NCBI GenBank assembly: GCA_002245135.1
Contig: NGBS01001173.1
Coordinates: 124,001-183,175 of the forward strand
Length of the DNA: 59,175 nucleotides
From: Proteromonas lacertae
Taxonomy: Eukaryota
Direction of reading: 5' to 3'
In this document: positions 38,204 through 47,558 of the stretch, piece by piece
Layout: the number at the start of each line of letters is the position of its first letter
How positions within the stretch are numbered: the stretch's first letter is position 1
The notes under the pieces: generated by a model
Seen by the model: the letters and a program-made list of their open reading frames with translations, nothing else
Told to the model about the DNA's origin: nothing
Databases searched by the model: none
Program-made: the position numbers and the translations under genes

Positions 38204-38319
38204 CCTAGAAAACTCGTTAGAACTCTGTGACAATGTCCCATAGTCCCATTTACGTAAGGTTCCTACGGGATTCCTCCTAACGGGGTCTATTGACTACGGT
38301 GCCTATTTCCCTACGGGAC
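38204..38319 (+). repeat. Internal partial copy of the left TIR (distal half of the inner hairpin arm plus CCTACGG array)
   Basis: Aligns to 30933-31049 in the same orientation. Confidence 0.92.
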
Positions 38320-38377
38320 GATCACTTACAGGATGATCTTCAAGGGAAGTACTTGATAAATTCCTTAAGCAAAAGCC

Positions 38378-39196
38378 ATGGTCAAGAAAGTAAGAGCGTT
38401 CTCAAGAGCAACTAAAACCAAGATCATTCCCAAGGACATCCAACGATCCCTTGTAACTCAAGTAGCTGATGTACTCAACATTCCGGCAGCTCCAGTCGTA
38501 CTTCTCCGAGATGCTGAACTAGCAAGGAGATCAACTAAGACTCCCAGGTCAACATCTTCACGTCCAGACAAAGCAATCATCGATCTGGCTAATAAGTATA
38601 AGGAGGTGATGAGCTTACCAAAGGAAGCTTCCGAGGAGACCAGAAGTATTCTACGTCAACTATCACGGGATGTTGCTAACATCGCTGAGAAGGACAACCC
38701 ATCCTTTCAATTGATCCGAGAGCATGCTGCTAAAGCCGGTGTTGAGATTCCTGACTTCAAAAGGAGTTCCAAATCTGATGGTAAGTCAACTCCATCAATT
38801 CTTCATCGGGCAGTGGATTATATAAAGGGAAAGCTTCCAGCTGGAGAGACTGTCAAGGATATAATGAGGAGTCCACAAGTATGGGCCGCAGTAGTTAACT
38901 ATCTTGGACGAGGTAAAGGTGATTCCAAAGAGGAGGAAGAGGATGATGTTGGTTACTATGCTAGACTATATAATCAATACCGTAAGGTGACTTCCAAGAG
39001 CCGTGAACGCGAGTCCTCCTCCTCCGATGATGATGATGATGAGATTCCAATCCTTGAGGTTGATCCAGACTATGTGTCGGAGGACGATGCTGACGATGTT
39101 GAAGCTGATGATGAGTTCCCCTTTAATCATTCTCACGGTAAGATCAAGATGGTAAAGCCTTCTCCTTCTGAGTGGTACAAGTGCTTACAGTTGTAA
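38378..39196 (+). CDS. Viral hypothetical protein with basic N-terminus and acidic C-terminus
   Basis: 272-aa ORF. Confidence 0.7.
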   Translation: MVKKVRAFSRATKTKIIPKDIQRSLVTQVADVLNIPAAPVVLLRDAELARRSTKTPRSTSSRPDKAIIDLANKYKEVMSLPKEASEETRSILRQLSRDVANIAEKDNPSFQLIREHAAKAGVEIPDFKRSSKSDGKSTPSILHRAVDYIKGKLPAGETVKDIMRSPQVWAAVVNYLGRGKGDSKEEEEDDVGYYARLYNQYRKVTSKSRERESSSSDDDDDEIPILEVDPDYVSEDDADDVEADDEFPFNHSHGKIKMVKPSPSEWYKCLQL

Positions 39197-39231
39197 TCCT
39201 TAACTTCTTCGGTCTATCTATCTCTCCTAGT

Positions 39232-39759
39232 ATGTTTGGGACTTTTAAGCAACAGCACCTCCATCAACAAGAACTCTTTGAAGCCTTATCAGCGATCCGT
39301 GATCACTTCAAGAGAAGTCCTGGCAATCAGCATGTCATTGATAATCACTACCTCCGAGACTTTAAGAAGAGAAGATATCTCCGACACTCCATCACGAACT
39401 ACAACAGTGCTGATCAAGGAGATGTCTACGATTCCATGAATAACCTAGTTAATGAGATCAAGGAACTGCTCCAAGAGAATCCACCGTCAGTACGTGCAAT
39501 TGACATCCCCGAGTATGATGAACTGATGAAACGATCCTCCGATGATGACTTAACCTACTTGCTACGGGATCAACTGATAAGGCTCCTTGTCTTGTGTGGT
39601 GGATCTAACTCCTCAGGCATCTTCAAGATGAATAAGCTAAAGCAACGCCACCTAAGGAACATACAATGTTTAATTAAGATAATCAAGGTAAGGAAGTTCT
39701 ACGTGTCGAAGGAGTTACAGTCTCTTTATAAAGTAGTTCTTCGATCTCTAGCTTACTAA
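39232..39759 (+). CDS. Viral hypothetical helical protein (possibly exon 2 of the 38378 gene)
   Basis: ORF 39172-39759, first ATG at 39232. A candidate 38-nt GT-AG intron at 39193-39230 would join the two frames. Confidence 0.6.
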   Translation: MFGTFKQQHLHQQELFEALSAIRDHFKRSPGNQHVIDNHYLRDFKKRRYLRHSITNYNSADQGDVYDSMNNLVNEIKELLQENPPSVRAIDIPEYDELMKRSSDDDLTYLLRDQLIRLLVLCGGSNSSGIFKMNKLKQRHLRNIQCLIKIIKVRKFYVSKELQSLYKVVLRSLAY

Positions 39760-39813
39760 CATTCTACTAAGTATTGTTATCTTAAGTTCATCGTTGTTGA
39801 TGGGGTTAATCAT

Positions 39814-40752
39814 CTAGTCCACAAAGAGTTGCTTATCGAAGTTGATCCTATACTGAGCCTTGTGCATATCAATGTATAGGAAGCTATAAGGAGTATGCTC
39901 CGTGGCCGTATGATAGAACTCCTTGAAGAGTCTAAAGGGAGTTGCCAAGGCAAGGGACTTATGAAGTAATTGAAGGTGGCTGCATGATATGTTTTTGAAG
40001 GCTAAGCAATAGTCCAGCTGAAGTCTTTGACCAGGAGTAAGGTCTGTAATGTACTGACTACTGATAATCACCTTTGCCTTGTAATGCCTGTTCTGCTTAA
40101 GGAAGGTGATTAGCTGGGGATCTTTCAGGTCATTGCTAACATCATCGAATACAAAGATGTTCTCAGCGCAGGTGCTATTCTCTTTATCTGGAGGTGGTAG
40201 ATCGTGAAGTACTTCCTCCAGGTTGTTGGTCTTGTCTTCCTCGTTCACGATTGAGTCAAAGGTGTAGTAGTCGATCTTGTTGTACTCCAACATCTCCATG
40301 ATCTTATCGTAGAGCACATCCTTATGGATCGTACCAACAAATAAGTAGATCCTTTGATTCTTACCCTTGATTAGTATATGTTGAAGGACATTGTAGATGA
40401 CTGTTGTCTTACCAGAGTTCTTCTTTGCTAGGAGGAAGATGTTACAGAAGGGTTCATCGAAGTAGTCATAGCCGACAACATCCTTCCCGTGACTGGAGGT
40501 CTTGATTTTCAAAGGCTTTACTTCTGCCTGGTTGATCTTCTCATACTCTATCTTTAAATGGCCCTTGGATGATCTCGGTAACTTCTCTGGTAAGTAAGCA
40601 TCACCATGTACTTCATCATCATCTCCATCATCATCCTTAAAGCGATCATCTCCTGATCCTTTCAGTCTTTGCATCTTACTGAGATGAAGATCTCCAAAGG
40701 GTTGCTTTCTCTTGTTAACCATAAGCATCATAAGAACTAAGTATACGATCAA
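39814..40752 (-). CDS. A32/FtsK-HerA family genome-packaging ATPase
   Basis: Walker A variant AKKNSGKTT, Walker B IFVFDD, QNRHYK (Arg-finger RH), IISSQY, C-terminal PYSFLYID...YRINFD. Confidence 0.9.
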   Translation of the reverse strand: MIVYLVLMMLMVNKRKQPFGDLHLSKMQRLKGSGDDRFKDDDGDDDEVHGDAYLPEKLPRSSKGHLKIEYEKINQAEVKPLKIKTSSHGKDVVGYDYFDEPFCNIFLLAKKNSGKTTVIYNVLQHILIKGKNQRIYLFVGTIHKDVLYDKIMEMLEYNKIDYYTFDSIVNEEDKTNNLEEVLHDLPPPDKENSTCAENIFVFDDVSNDLKDPQLITFLKQNRHYKAKVIISSQYITDLTPGQRLQLDYCLAFKNISCSHLQLLHKSLALATPFRLFKEFYHTATEHTPYSFLYIDMHKAQYRINFDKQLFVD

Positions 40753-40776
40753 GAACTTATCGATAAGGAACTTTAC

Positions 40777-42129
40777 TTATGCTATACAACGAATGCCCGA
40801 GGTGGTAATCTCAGCTCTTCGTCCAGTGATCAAGTAGAATCGGTGATTCACAGACTTGTGATCTAGCTCTGAGTTGTAGATCTCAAAGGTGATCTTTAAA
40901 TCTCCGTCTAGTCTTCTCCCAGCAATGGTCTTAACATTACCAAGGTTGTCACTACCGAAGTTGAGTACCTCAAAGAACTTCTCGGTAAAGGGCTTCTTGT
41001 TGAGTTGATCATACCAGCTTCCTCCAATGTACTTCTTAAGCAACTCGTAGCTATCGTAAGTCTCCATGTTCTGATAGTTGGGATTGTAGTTGAAGTCGTT
41101 GATCATCCACTTGAATCTTGCTTTGGAGTCTAAGGGAAGGACACGGTTCTTCATTGTATATGCCTGATAGACGATGGCTTTAATATAAGGACCAATAGAG
41201 CTGTTGATTGTAAAGGAGTAGTTGAAGTAATCGCCGGTGCTGGTGATGGTGATGCTCTTGTCATGATAGTCACTAAAGGGAATGGGCTTCTCAATACAGG
41301 AGACGATAGATTTCTTGTTGCTGTTGAAGTCCTTGTTGTATAAGGCTCTGATGCAAATGTCCTTGATCTCACACTTTGCCTGAAGAGTAACATCCTCCTT
41401 GCTATATTCATACTTATCATCGTCGGTATCGAACTTCGCATCAGTAGCTGTACTCAATCTTCCGAAGTTGGTGATCTCTCCCCATCGGATGCTGAGAAGT
41501 AACTTCTCTCCGAAGAATAGATCAGTGGGATTTGCTAGGACAGTGTTATACATCTCATTGAAAGGAATCTTTACAAGGACTTCCAAGTAGCCGTCTTTCA
41601 CTTGAGTATCCCAGAAGGTGTTGTTTACCTTGGAGGTGCATCCATCATTTCCATTATCTACCGAGGTGAACTCCATACCAGGCTGGAGGATATCTCCGTT
41701 CTTCTTTTGCCAGATACCATCGAAATAAGTGTGTTGTCTATTGACGTGAGTTGTCTTCCTTTGAACTTGTTGCATAAGCCCTCTGTATTGTTCATAAGTG
41801 TCAGTTACATAAAGCAAGTTGATTCCAGCAGCATTGTGTACTCTCAAGGAGGAGATATTGAAGGTGTTGTATAGGAGGATCTTCTCAGCCTTCTTGTTAT
41901 TGTCAGAATCCTTATATCCGATGATTAGACGATACTCTAAGTAACTCTTGCTAAGGTTAATGCAATTGTCGGTAGCTATCTCGAACATGACCTCTGCGGT
42001 TGATCCAGAAGTACCAGCATTGACCGAGGTGTTGCTCTGGGTAGGGTTGACTTTCACGGGTACGTAAAGTGAATCATAACTCTCGGAGTAAGCTCCTTGT
42101 TGAACACTTGCTGGGATGAATGTTGTCAT
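40777..42129 (-). CDS. Putative double-jelly-roll major capsid protein
   Basis: 450 aa, beta-strand-rich. N-terminal 'EVMFEI...INLSKSYLEYRLII' and 'IPFNEMYNTVL...DLFFG..LLLSIRW' resemble Polinton-like-virus MCPs. Lies between the ATPase and the protease. Confidence 0.7.
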   Translation of the reverse strand: MTTFIPASVQQGAYSESYDSLYVPVKVNPTQSNTSVNAGTSGSTAEVMFEIATDNCINLSKSYLEYRLIIGYKDSDNNKKAEKILLYNTFNISSLRVHNAAGINLLYVTDTYEQYRGLMQQVQRKTTHVNRQHTYFDGIWQKKNGDILQPGMEFTSVDNGNDGCTSKVNNTFWDTQVKDGYLEVLVKIPFNEMYNTVLANPTDLFFGEKLLLSIRWGEITNFGRLSTATDAKFDTDDDKYEYSKEDVTLQAKCEIKDICIRALYNKDFNSNKKSIVSCIEKPIPFSDYHDKSITITSTGDYFNYSFTINSSIGPYIKAIVYQAYTMKNRVLPLDSKARFKWMINDFNYNPNYQNMETYDSYELLKKYIGGSWYDQLNKKPFTEKFFEVLNFGSDNLGNVKTIAGRRLDGDLKITFEIYNSELDHKSVNHRFYLITGRRAEITTSGIRCIA

Positions 42130-42216
42130 TGCCTTTGGGTAATCTCCTAAGTAAAATTGAACTAGGAAAAGACTTATTACTTAGATTAAGTTAAAGGTTC
42201 TCTTGAGCAGTGCCAT

Positions 42217-43020
42217 TTACTTCTCGCCCTGGATAGAGTTGAAGTTAGTTGCCTCCTTGAAGGACAGGTTCCTTCCGAGGATATTGAATAGGAAGTAGAT
42301 TGCAAAGTAACCACAAGTGTCGGTGTTGACCTTCTGGTTCTTGATTCGATTGATCTTGAGTTGGTACTTATCCTCGGGATTACCTTTATGGTGTTGTAGT
42401 TGCTGGATGAACCACGAGTAGTTCTTAGGGTTCTCTCCGAAGCTATCATAGTAGTAGATTTGCCTTCGATTATCATCCACGACTAAGGCAACCCAATGCC
42501 CGATCGCATTCTCAGCACTTGTAGTTGTAAGGGTATTGAGAATGCATCCCCATCTATTTGTTCCTAAGACTCGAAGGTCTTGCTTAAGTTGATCCCATAA
42601 GAAGACTCCAGCGAATTGTCCATTGAAGTCACTGTACTCTTCCTTGATCAGCCTCTCGATATCGAAGTTGCTTAAGGCATCATCATGGCTAGCAACTTTA
42701 CCTTCAGCAAAGTACTCATACTTATCCTCATGCTCCTTATCAACATCATCATCGATGATATCCGAGAGTGGCATCTCCAACATCGAGTTGATTTTCAGCT
42801 GTCTAAATAAAGGGTCTGTATCTGCATACACTACAGGTTGTCGTTCTTGCTCTTGTCTACTAGGTAATAGGATTGGACTTTGAACTGCTGGCTGGGCAAT
42901 TGGTATTGAAGGAACGTAGGAGTTCACCTGGTCCTCCATTATCGAATAGCTGCCTCCTTGAACTTTACCTAGACCTTTGAAGCCATTGAAGAGATTACCA
43001 GATGATTCCTCCCATACCAT
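42217..43020 (-). CDS. Adenain/Ulp1-like (clan CE) virion maturation cysteine protease
   Basis: Catalytic motifs GHWVAL, YYYDSFG, NQ...DTCGYF. Confidence 0.92.
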   Translation of the reverse strand: MVWEESSGNLFNGFKGLGKVQGGSYSIMEDQVNSYVPSIPIAQPAVQSPILLPSRQEQERQPVVYADTDPLFRQLKINSMLEMPLSDIIDDDVDKEHEDKYEYFAEGKVASHDDALSNFDIERLIKEEYSDFNGQFAGVFLWDQLKQDLRVLGTNRWGCILNTLTTTSAENAIGHWVALVVDDNRRQIYYYDSFGENPKNYSWFIQQLQHHKGNPEDKYQLKINRIKNQKVNTDTCGYFAIYFLFNILGRNLSFKEATNFNSIQGEK

Positions 43021-44072
43021 TACCTAGTCCTCCTCCTCACATTGAGTTGATTGATCGCGTTAACCATTGCATTGTTAAGTGTTGTATCGGGACCTTTGTA
43101 CTGAGTCTCTAGCCATCGGAAGAAGTCATCGTTAGGAGTGTTGTTGTAATTGTCATTGAGTTTATCAACAGCCTTATCAATCAACTGAACTACTGGGTGG
43201 TTCTCATCATAGCCAGCGGCCTTAGCAAAAGACTTAAACTGTTCCTTGTTGCCTTGAACGAACTTAAGAAACTCTCCAGCTAGTGTCTGATGATCTGTTT
43301 GAAACAACCTTCCTATACCCGGGATGGAACGTAGGAGACTTCCTACGATAGGGATCTGTCCTATTCTACTTCCGAAGGTTGAGATTAATCCAACCATTCC
43401 AAGGATGGCTCCGATGGCACCTCCTATCTTCATTCCACGGTCTGTTATTCCTGACTGATTCTGGGTAAGTGAGTTACTAGTATTCCCAAAGGTGTTGATC
43501 ATCCTGGAGACATCTTGTTGTTGCTTCAATAAGGAGTAAATATCATTATTACTAGTTGTGTTATCATATAAGGGAAGAGTTCCACGGCTAATTGTTGTCC
43601 TTGAGTTGTTGACATTGTAAGGGGTCATGATGGAGCTCTGATAGTCCACATACTTTTGGTAATCATCAGCAAAGTAAGTTGCTGAAGGATGCACATTGAG
43701 CTTCTTACGTTCCTCCTCGGCAAGCAGCTTTCTAAGGTCAGGGTTTTTCACGAGGAAATGATCGTTGTAGGTCTTGCTAGCAAGGTACTTCTCCTGGAGT
43801 TCACCGCTCTCCTCGATGTTGTTCTCCAAGGGATTGCTCTTAACGATTGATAAGGAATTACCTTCTCCGTCTTGAGTATCATCAGTGTTGTTGTTAGGAG
43901 CTATCTCTGATAGCAAGGTAGTTAAGTAGTGTAAGTCATCAGTGTTGTTTATCTTGACCTGGAACTCCTTCTTAAGCTTCTGCTGTAGTGCCTTCACAAC
44001 TCTTGAAGTAAGCTTCTTCTTCCTTGAGTTGATTCCTTTGTCTTTATCGTTTACCATCGATATCTTTACCAT
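43020..44072 (-). CDS. Viral hypothetical virion protein with a Gly-rich hydrophobic/amphipathic segment
   Basis: 350 aa; GMKIGGAIGAILGMVGLISTFGSRIGQIPIVGSLLRSIPGIGRLF. Its stop overlaps the protease start (TAATG). Confidence 0.7.
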   Translation of the reverse strand: MVKISMVNDKDKGINSRKKKLTSRVVKALQQKLKKEFQVKINNTDDLHYLTTLLSEIAPNNNTDDTQDGEGNSLSIVKSNPLENNIEESGELQEKYLASKTYNDHFLVKNPDLRKLLAEEERKKLNVHPSATYFADDYQKYVDYQSSIMTPYNVNNSRTTISRGTLPLYDNTTSNNDIYSLLKQQQDVSRMINTFGNTSNSLTQNQSGITDRGMKIGGAIGAILGMVGLISTFGSRIGQIPIVGSLLRSIPGIGRLFQTDHQTLAGEFLKFVQGNKEQFKSFAKAAGYDENHPVVQLIDKAVDKLNDNYNNTPNDDFFRWLETQYKGPDTTLNNAMVNAINQLNVRRRTR

Positions 44073-44393
44073 GGACGATTGACTATTGGAAAAGAACTTC
44101 TATTGCTTATCAGTCCTCCTCGGGATTGTCAGGATAGTTATACCAAGGCTTTACAACCACCGAGGACTTCAAAGCTTCTGATTGTTGATGAAGTTTATTT
44201 AGAGTCGATAGATTGAACCTCCGGGATCTATCTTGTACTGCTTAAGTTGATTGTCCATCTCCTGAGTCTTTATCTCCCGGTGTTTTCTCTTAGACTTCCT
44301 TCTAGGATAGTTGTCAGGAGGATCTTCAAGGCACTTGTTCTTTCGATCGTAAGTTGTTTCTTCAATCTCCATTGAATGGAACTTGGAATTGAC

Positions 44394-44828
44394 TCAATAC
44401 TGAAGGTTATTGTTCTTTAGGAACTGCTCTATCTTCTTTTGATTCTCAAGAGCCTTCTTCTTACTAATACGTTTCTTTCTTGCTTGTTGTGTATTGCTCT
44501 TCTCGGGAGTGTTCATCAACTTGGCCTTTAAGTTCTTCAACCCATCGGAGATAAGCTTCTTGATGTTACTGAGTACTAGTTCCATAGAGTAAGTTCTTGG
44601 AAGGGCATTGGAGATATCGTCCAGTTCATAGTCGTCAATAGCAACGATGTCAGGGATGGGAATGGGTATTGCTGGGCCTTTAGATGTTCTTCTTCTTCTT
44701 CTAGTCTTTATCAGCCTAGGTATATCAGTCTTGTTAAGTTGCCTTACAATGATCTTCTCTTTGCGTTTGTCTTTAAGCTTCTTGAGTATCTCAGGATGCT
44801 GCTTAAGCATTGCTTTGGTTCTAGCCAT
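44394..44828 (-). CDS. Basic putative core/DNA-binding protein starting MARTK
   Basis: 144 aa, very Lys/Arg-rich (KTRRRRRTSK, ARKKRISKKK). Confidence 0.7.
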   Translation of the reverse strand: MARTKAMLKQHPEILKKLKDKRKEKIIVRQLNKTDIPRLIKTRRRRRTSKGPAIPIPIPDIVAIDDYELDDISNALPRTYSMELVLSNIKKLISDGLKNLKAKLMNTPEKSNTQQARKKRISKKKALENQKKIEQFLKNNNLQY

Positions 44829-44896
44829 TGTAATTGCCTTTAAGAAAATGCCTTATATCATCTTCTAGTATTTACTTTCCCGAGTGATTCTTACGA

Positions 44897-45528
44897 TGGA
44901 ATATCTCTTGTCCGATAACATCAGTAGCCGATCCTTGTTGATCTCCAACCTCACTTGTCTAGTCGATAGTTACCAAGAGTGTACTGGAGCTTCATGGAAC
45001 TTTACTTCCTTTGACTTTGTCACCATCCTTTCATCCGTACTACAAAACATCACTGTGAAGACTGATGGAAGCAGCAACAATAGTATGATCGATATGATTA
45101 TCAACTATGGGATGACCGTCTTGTTAGCAATTGTCCTTACAGGTGTTGGCTATATCCTTAAGAAGCTAGGAGTGATCAATAACATGTCCGACATCACTGA
45201 GATCAAGAACATGGTATTAACTCAACGAAGGCAAAGTACTGTCTTTGAGAGTGACTTAGAGGATATCAAGAAGACTTTACTGGGTAATTCTGCAAGAAGT
45301 AGTGGTAACTCTCCTAGCAATGGAGCTCCGATGATGTTGCTAGGCTCTTCAACTTCAACCATTGACAGTACTACTTCTCCTATCATTCCAGAGACAATCC
45401 CTAAGGGATCTGATGTTGAGTCCCTTGAAGTAAGCATTAGTGATAATGAGTCCGGCAAAGTACTTCCCAAGAAGATTGATATCTCCGATGGAAACTTACT
45501 TGACCCCAGCAATAGCATTGAATTCTAA
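44897..45528 (+). CDS. Viral single-pass membrane protein with a Ser-rich tail
   Basis: ORF 44884-45528; TM segment IINYGMTVLLAIVLTGVGYILKK. Confidence 0.65.
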
Positions 45529-45544
45529 CTTAAGTCCTTTAACT

Positions 45545-46661
45545 TTATCGTATATTGTATCTCTTGATGAGCTTGCGGTTCCTTGTTATACCAGCATCTT
45601 CATTTACCTTGAGGAGTTCATTTGACTTATAGCACTTATCGGAGATGTCCTTGACCGGAATTCATGTTAGCATCTCCGAGGATGAAGGAGTAGGTGTTCT
45701 TTGCGATGATCCGATAGATGACGTCAGAGTAGAATAAGGCCTTCTCTATCTTGCTTACTCGACGTTCCTTAACTCTTACGAAGTCCCCAATATTGAACTG
45801 TTCCATGGCAGTGTTCCTTTGGTTACACATCTCGGCGTGATTGTAGAAGTACTGCTGGACATCTTCGTCGTAGAAGACTTCATTGGGAGTGAACCAGGAT
45901 AAGGATGCCTTCGGTTTATTGTTGTACTGATCAACGACTTCATCGATAAGTAGATTGAATTGTCTTACGTTCAGAGCTCCTCGAGAGTGGAAGTCAACAT
46001 CAGCTATTCTCTTGTAAAGCAATCTCTTGACCTCAGAGACTGAATGATCAAGGATGCTCATTACATGATGCTCATCTACGTCCTTAACGATGTACTGGAT
46101 CTGGTGTTGTATAAGCTCCTCTTGAAACAAGTTGCATAAGAAGGCTCCTTCCTTGTCTGTTAAGATCGTTGATACATTGCGGCTATGCTCATCCCTTAAA
46201 GGTTCCTTCTCATGTCCTTGATAGAAGAACCGTTGCCATGCCTCCATCACTGAGTTATAAGTCTTATCAGGCATCCAGTAACAGAATACCTTCCTGCTAG
46301 GTACGTGAACTAGATAAAGCCATCCGTACTTGTGACTATTCTTTGGTAAGAAGAAGACTATGTCCATTTGATAGCTGTCAGGAACTGGAATGATCTTTAA
46401 GGGCTTTATCCTGGTGTTGATGTAGACTACCTGATTGCCCGGTTGTCTGTAGTAGAACTCCTTTACGTATTCTACTGGGATTGATTTATCGTAGTGATGT
46501 ACTTGCCTTATGAACTGATTAAGAGATAGGAATGGTAAGGTGTTGTAAGTCCTTTGAAGTAGATCCTCAGGAGATGAGAAGGTCGGAGGTTGATAGAACG
46601 TAGACTTCACGTATGGCTTTATAGGGATCTCCTTACTTGTGTTATTGATGGTTGCTTCCAT
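45545..46661 (-). CDS. Retroviral-type (rve) integrase of the Polinton class; frameshift near 45661 in the C-terminal domain
   Basis: YQMDIVF (D), ILTDKEGAF (D), SILDHSVSEVK (third acidic residue), YNNKPKASLSWFTPNEV, FNIGDFVRV. The shifted frame continues IPVKDISDKCYKSNELLKV...NIR* to 45545. Confidence 0.9.
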
Positions 46662-46756
46662 GGGATCATTGACAATCAGGTTACCTTCTTCTTCTTCAGG
46701 CTGTTGTAGTTGTGGATCTTCAAGGGTTGATTCATCATTGGGAAAGACTTTACTAC

Positions 46757-47230
46757 TTAGAGACGATAGACAATGACTTTGTTGGTGCTTCTACGGGTAC
46801 TTGATTTACCACCTTTACTTCTCTCGGCCTTATGAAGTTTTACTTTACCTAGTCCATTGGTTTTGAGAACATCACTTATCATCGGTCCAGCTACAGGAAT
46901 GTACTTGCTTACCGTGGATAGCACCTTGCTTTTCTTAAAGAAGTTACCTATGTCCTGGAAGAATCCCTTGCCTTTGACTTTTGACTTCTTCGATTGTTGG
47001 TTCTCAAGGAAGCTGCTATAAAGGGTTGGAGTATAATAACAATAAGCAGGAGCCGGGTTGTACTTTCTCTTGGTTGCTTTATCGGAGCTAGCAAAGGGTA
47101 ATGGCTCCAATGGATCCTCGTAATAACATTGATCGGTAAGATCATCCACGGAGGTGAATCTGGATCTACTATCAAGACTATCCTCGTTGGAGTATTGATG
47201 AGTGTTGGGATTGTAGGTATGGATAGGCAT
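46757..47230 (-). CDS. Putative membrane-lytic virion protein (adenovirus pVI/cupiennin-like)
   Basis: Adenain-type site VKGK|G is followed by the amphipathic helix GFFQDIGNFFKKSKVLSTVSKYIPVAGPMISDVLK and a basic tail. Confidence 0.6.
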   Translation of the reverse strand: MPIHTYNPNTHQYSNEDSLDSRSRFTSVDDLTDQCYYEDPLEPLPFASSDKATKRKYNPAPAYCYYTPTLYSSFLENQQSKKSKVKGKGFFQDIGNFFKKSKVLSTVSKYIPVAGPMISDVLKTNGLGKVKLHKAERSKGGKSSTRRSTNKVIVYRL

Positions 47231-47472
47231 CTTACTTTGACCTTGGAATTAACAAACTGGAATGCCATTCTTGGGAGCTTCCTAAACGTAGAAACCCCGT
47301 AGTTTCTACGGTCTATCAGTCTCATTTTTCCCGGACAATTGTTGAGCATTGGAACACTTTACCTAGGTGAATTATAAGGTCATTGTAACTTACCTCTAGG
47401 AAGCTCCCGAGAATGCTTATCATTATCTTCAAGTGCCCTTGAGAAATCCACAACTAGCTAGAACCTCCCGGA

Positions 47473-47558
47473 GTTACCATTTGGTAACTTGTTAACAATT
47501 GTTAACTTGTTACCAATTGGTAACTAGTTAACAATTGGTAACAAGTTAACAATTGTAA
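47473..47558. repeat. Right array of 16-bp palindromes (5 units, 18-bp period)
   Basis: gttaccatttggtaac-tt-gttaacaattgttaac-tt-gttaccaattggtaac-ta-gttaacaattggtaac-aa-gttaacaattgtaa. Confidence 0.9.

Noticed and set aside
44199..44372. 57-aa minus-strand ORF MEIEETTYDRK...
   Set aside because: May be a real small viral gene, but it is too short and motif-free to support.
41151..45518. Small overlapping or antisense ORFs (41151, 41399, 41602, 42186, 42623, 44647, 45222; also 37383, 33155, 46948)
   Set aside because: Shadow frames of longer, motif-bearing genes.
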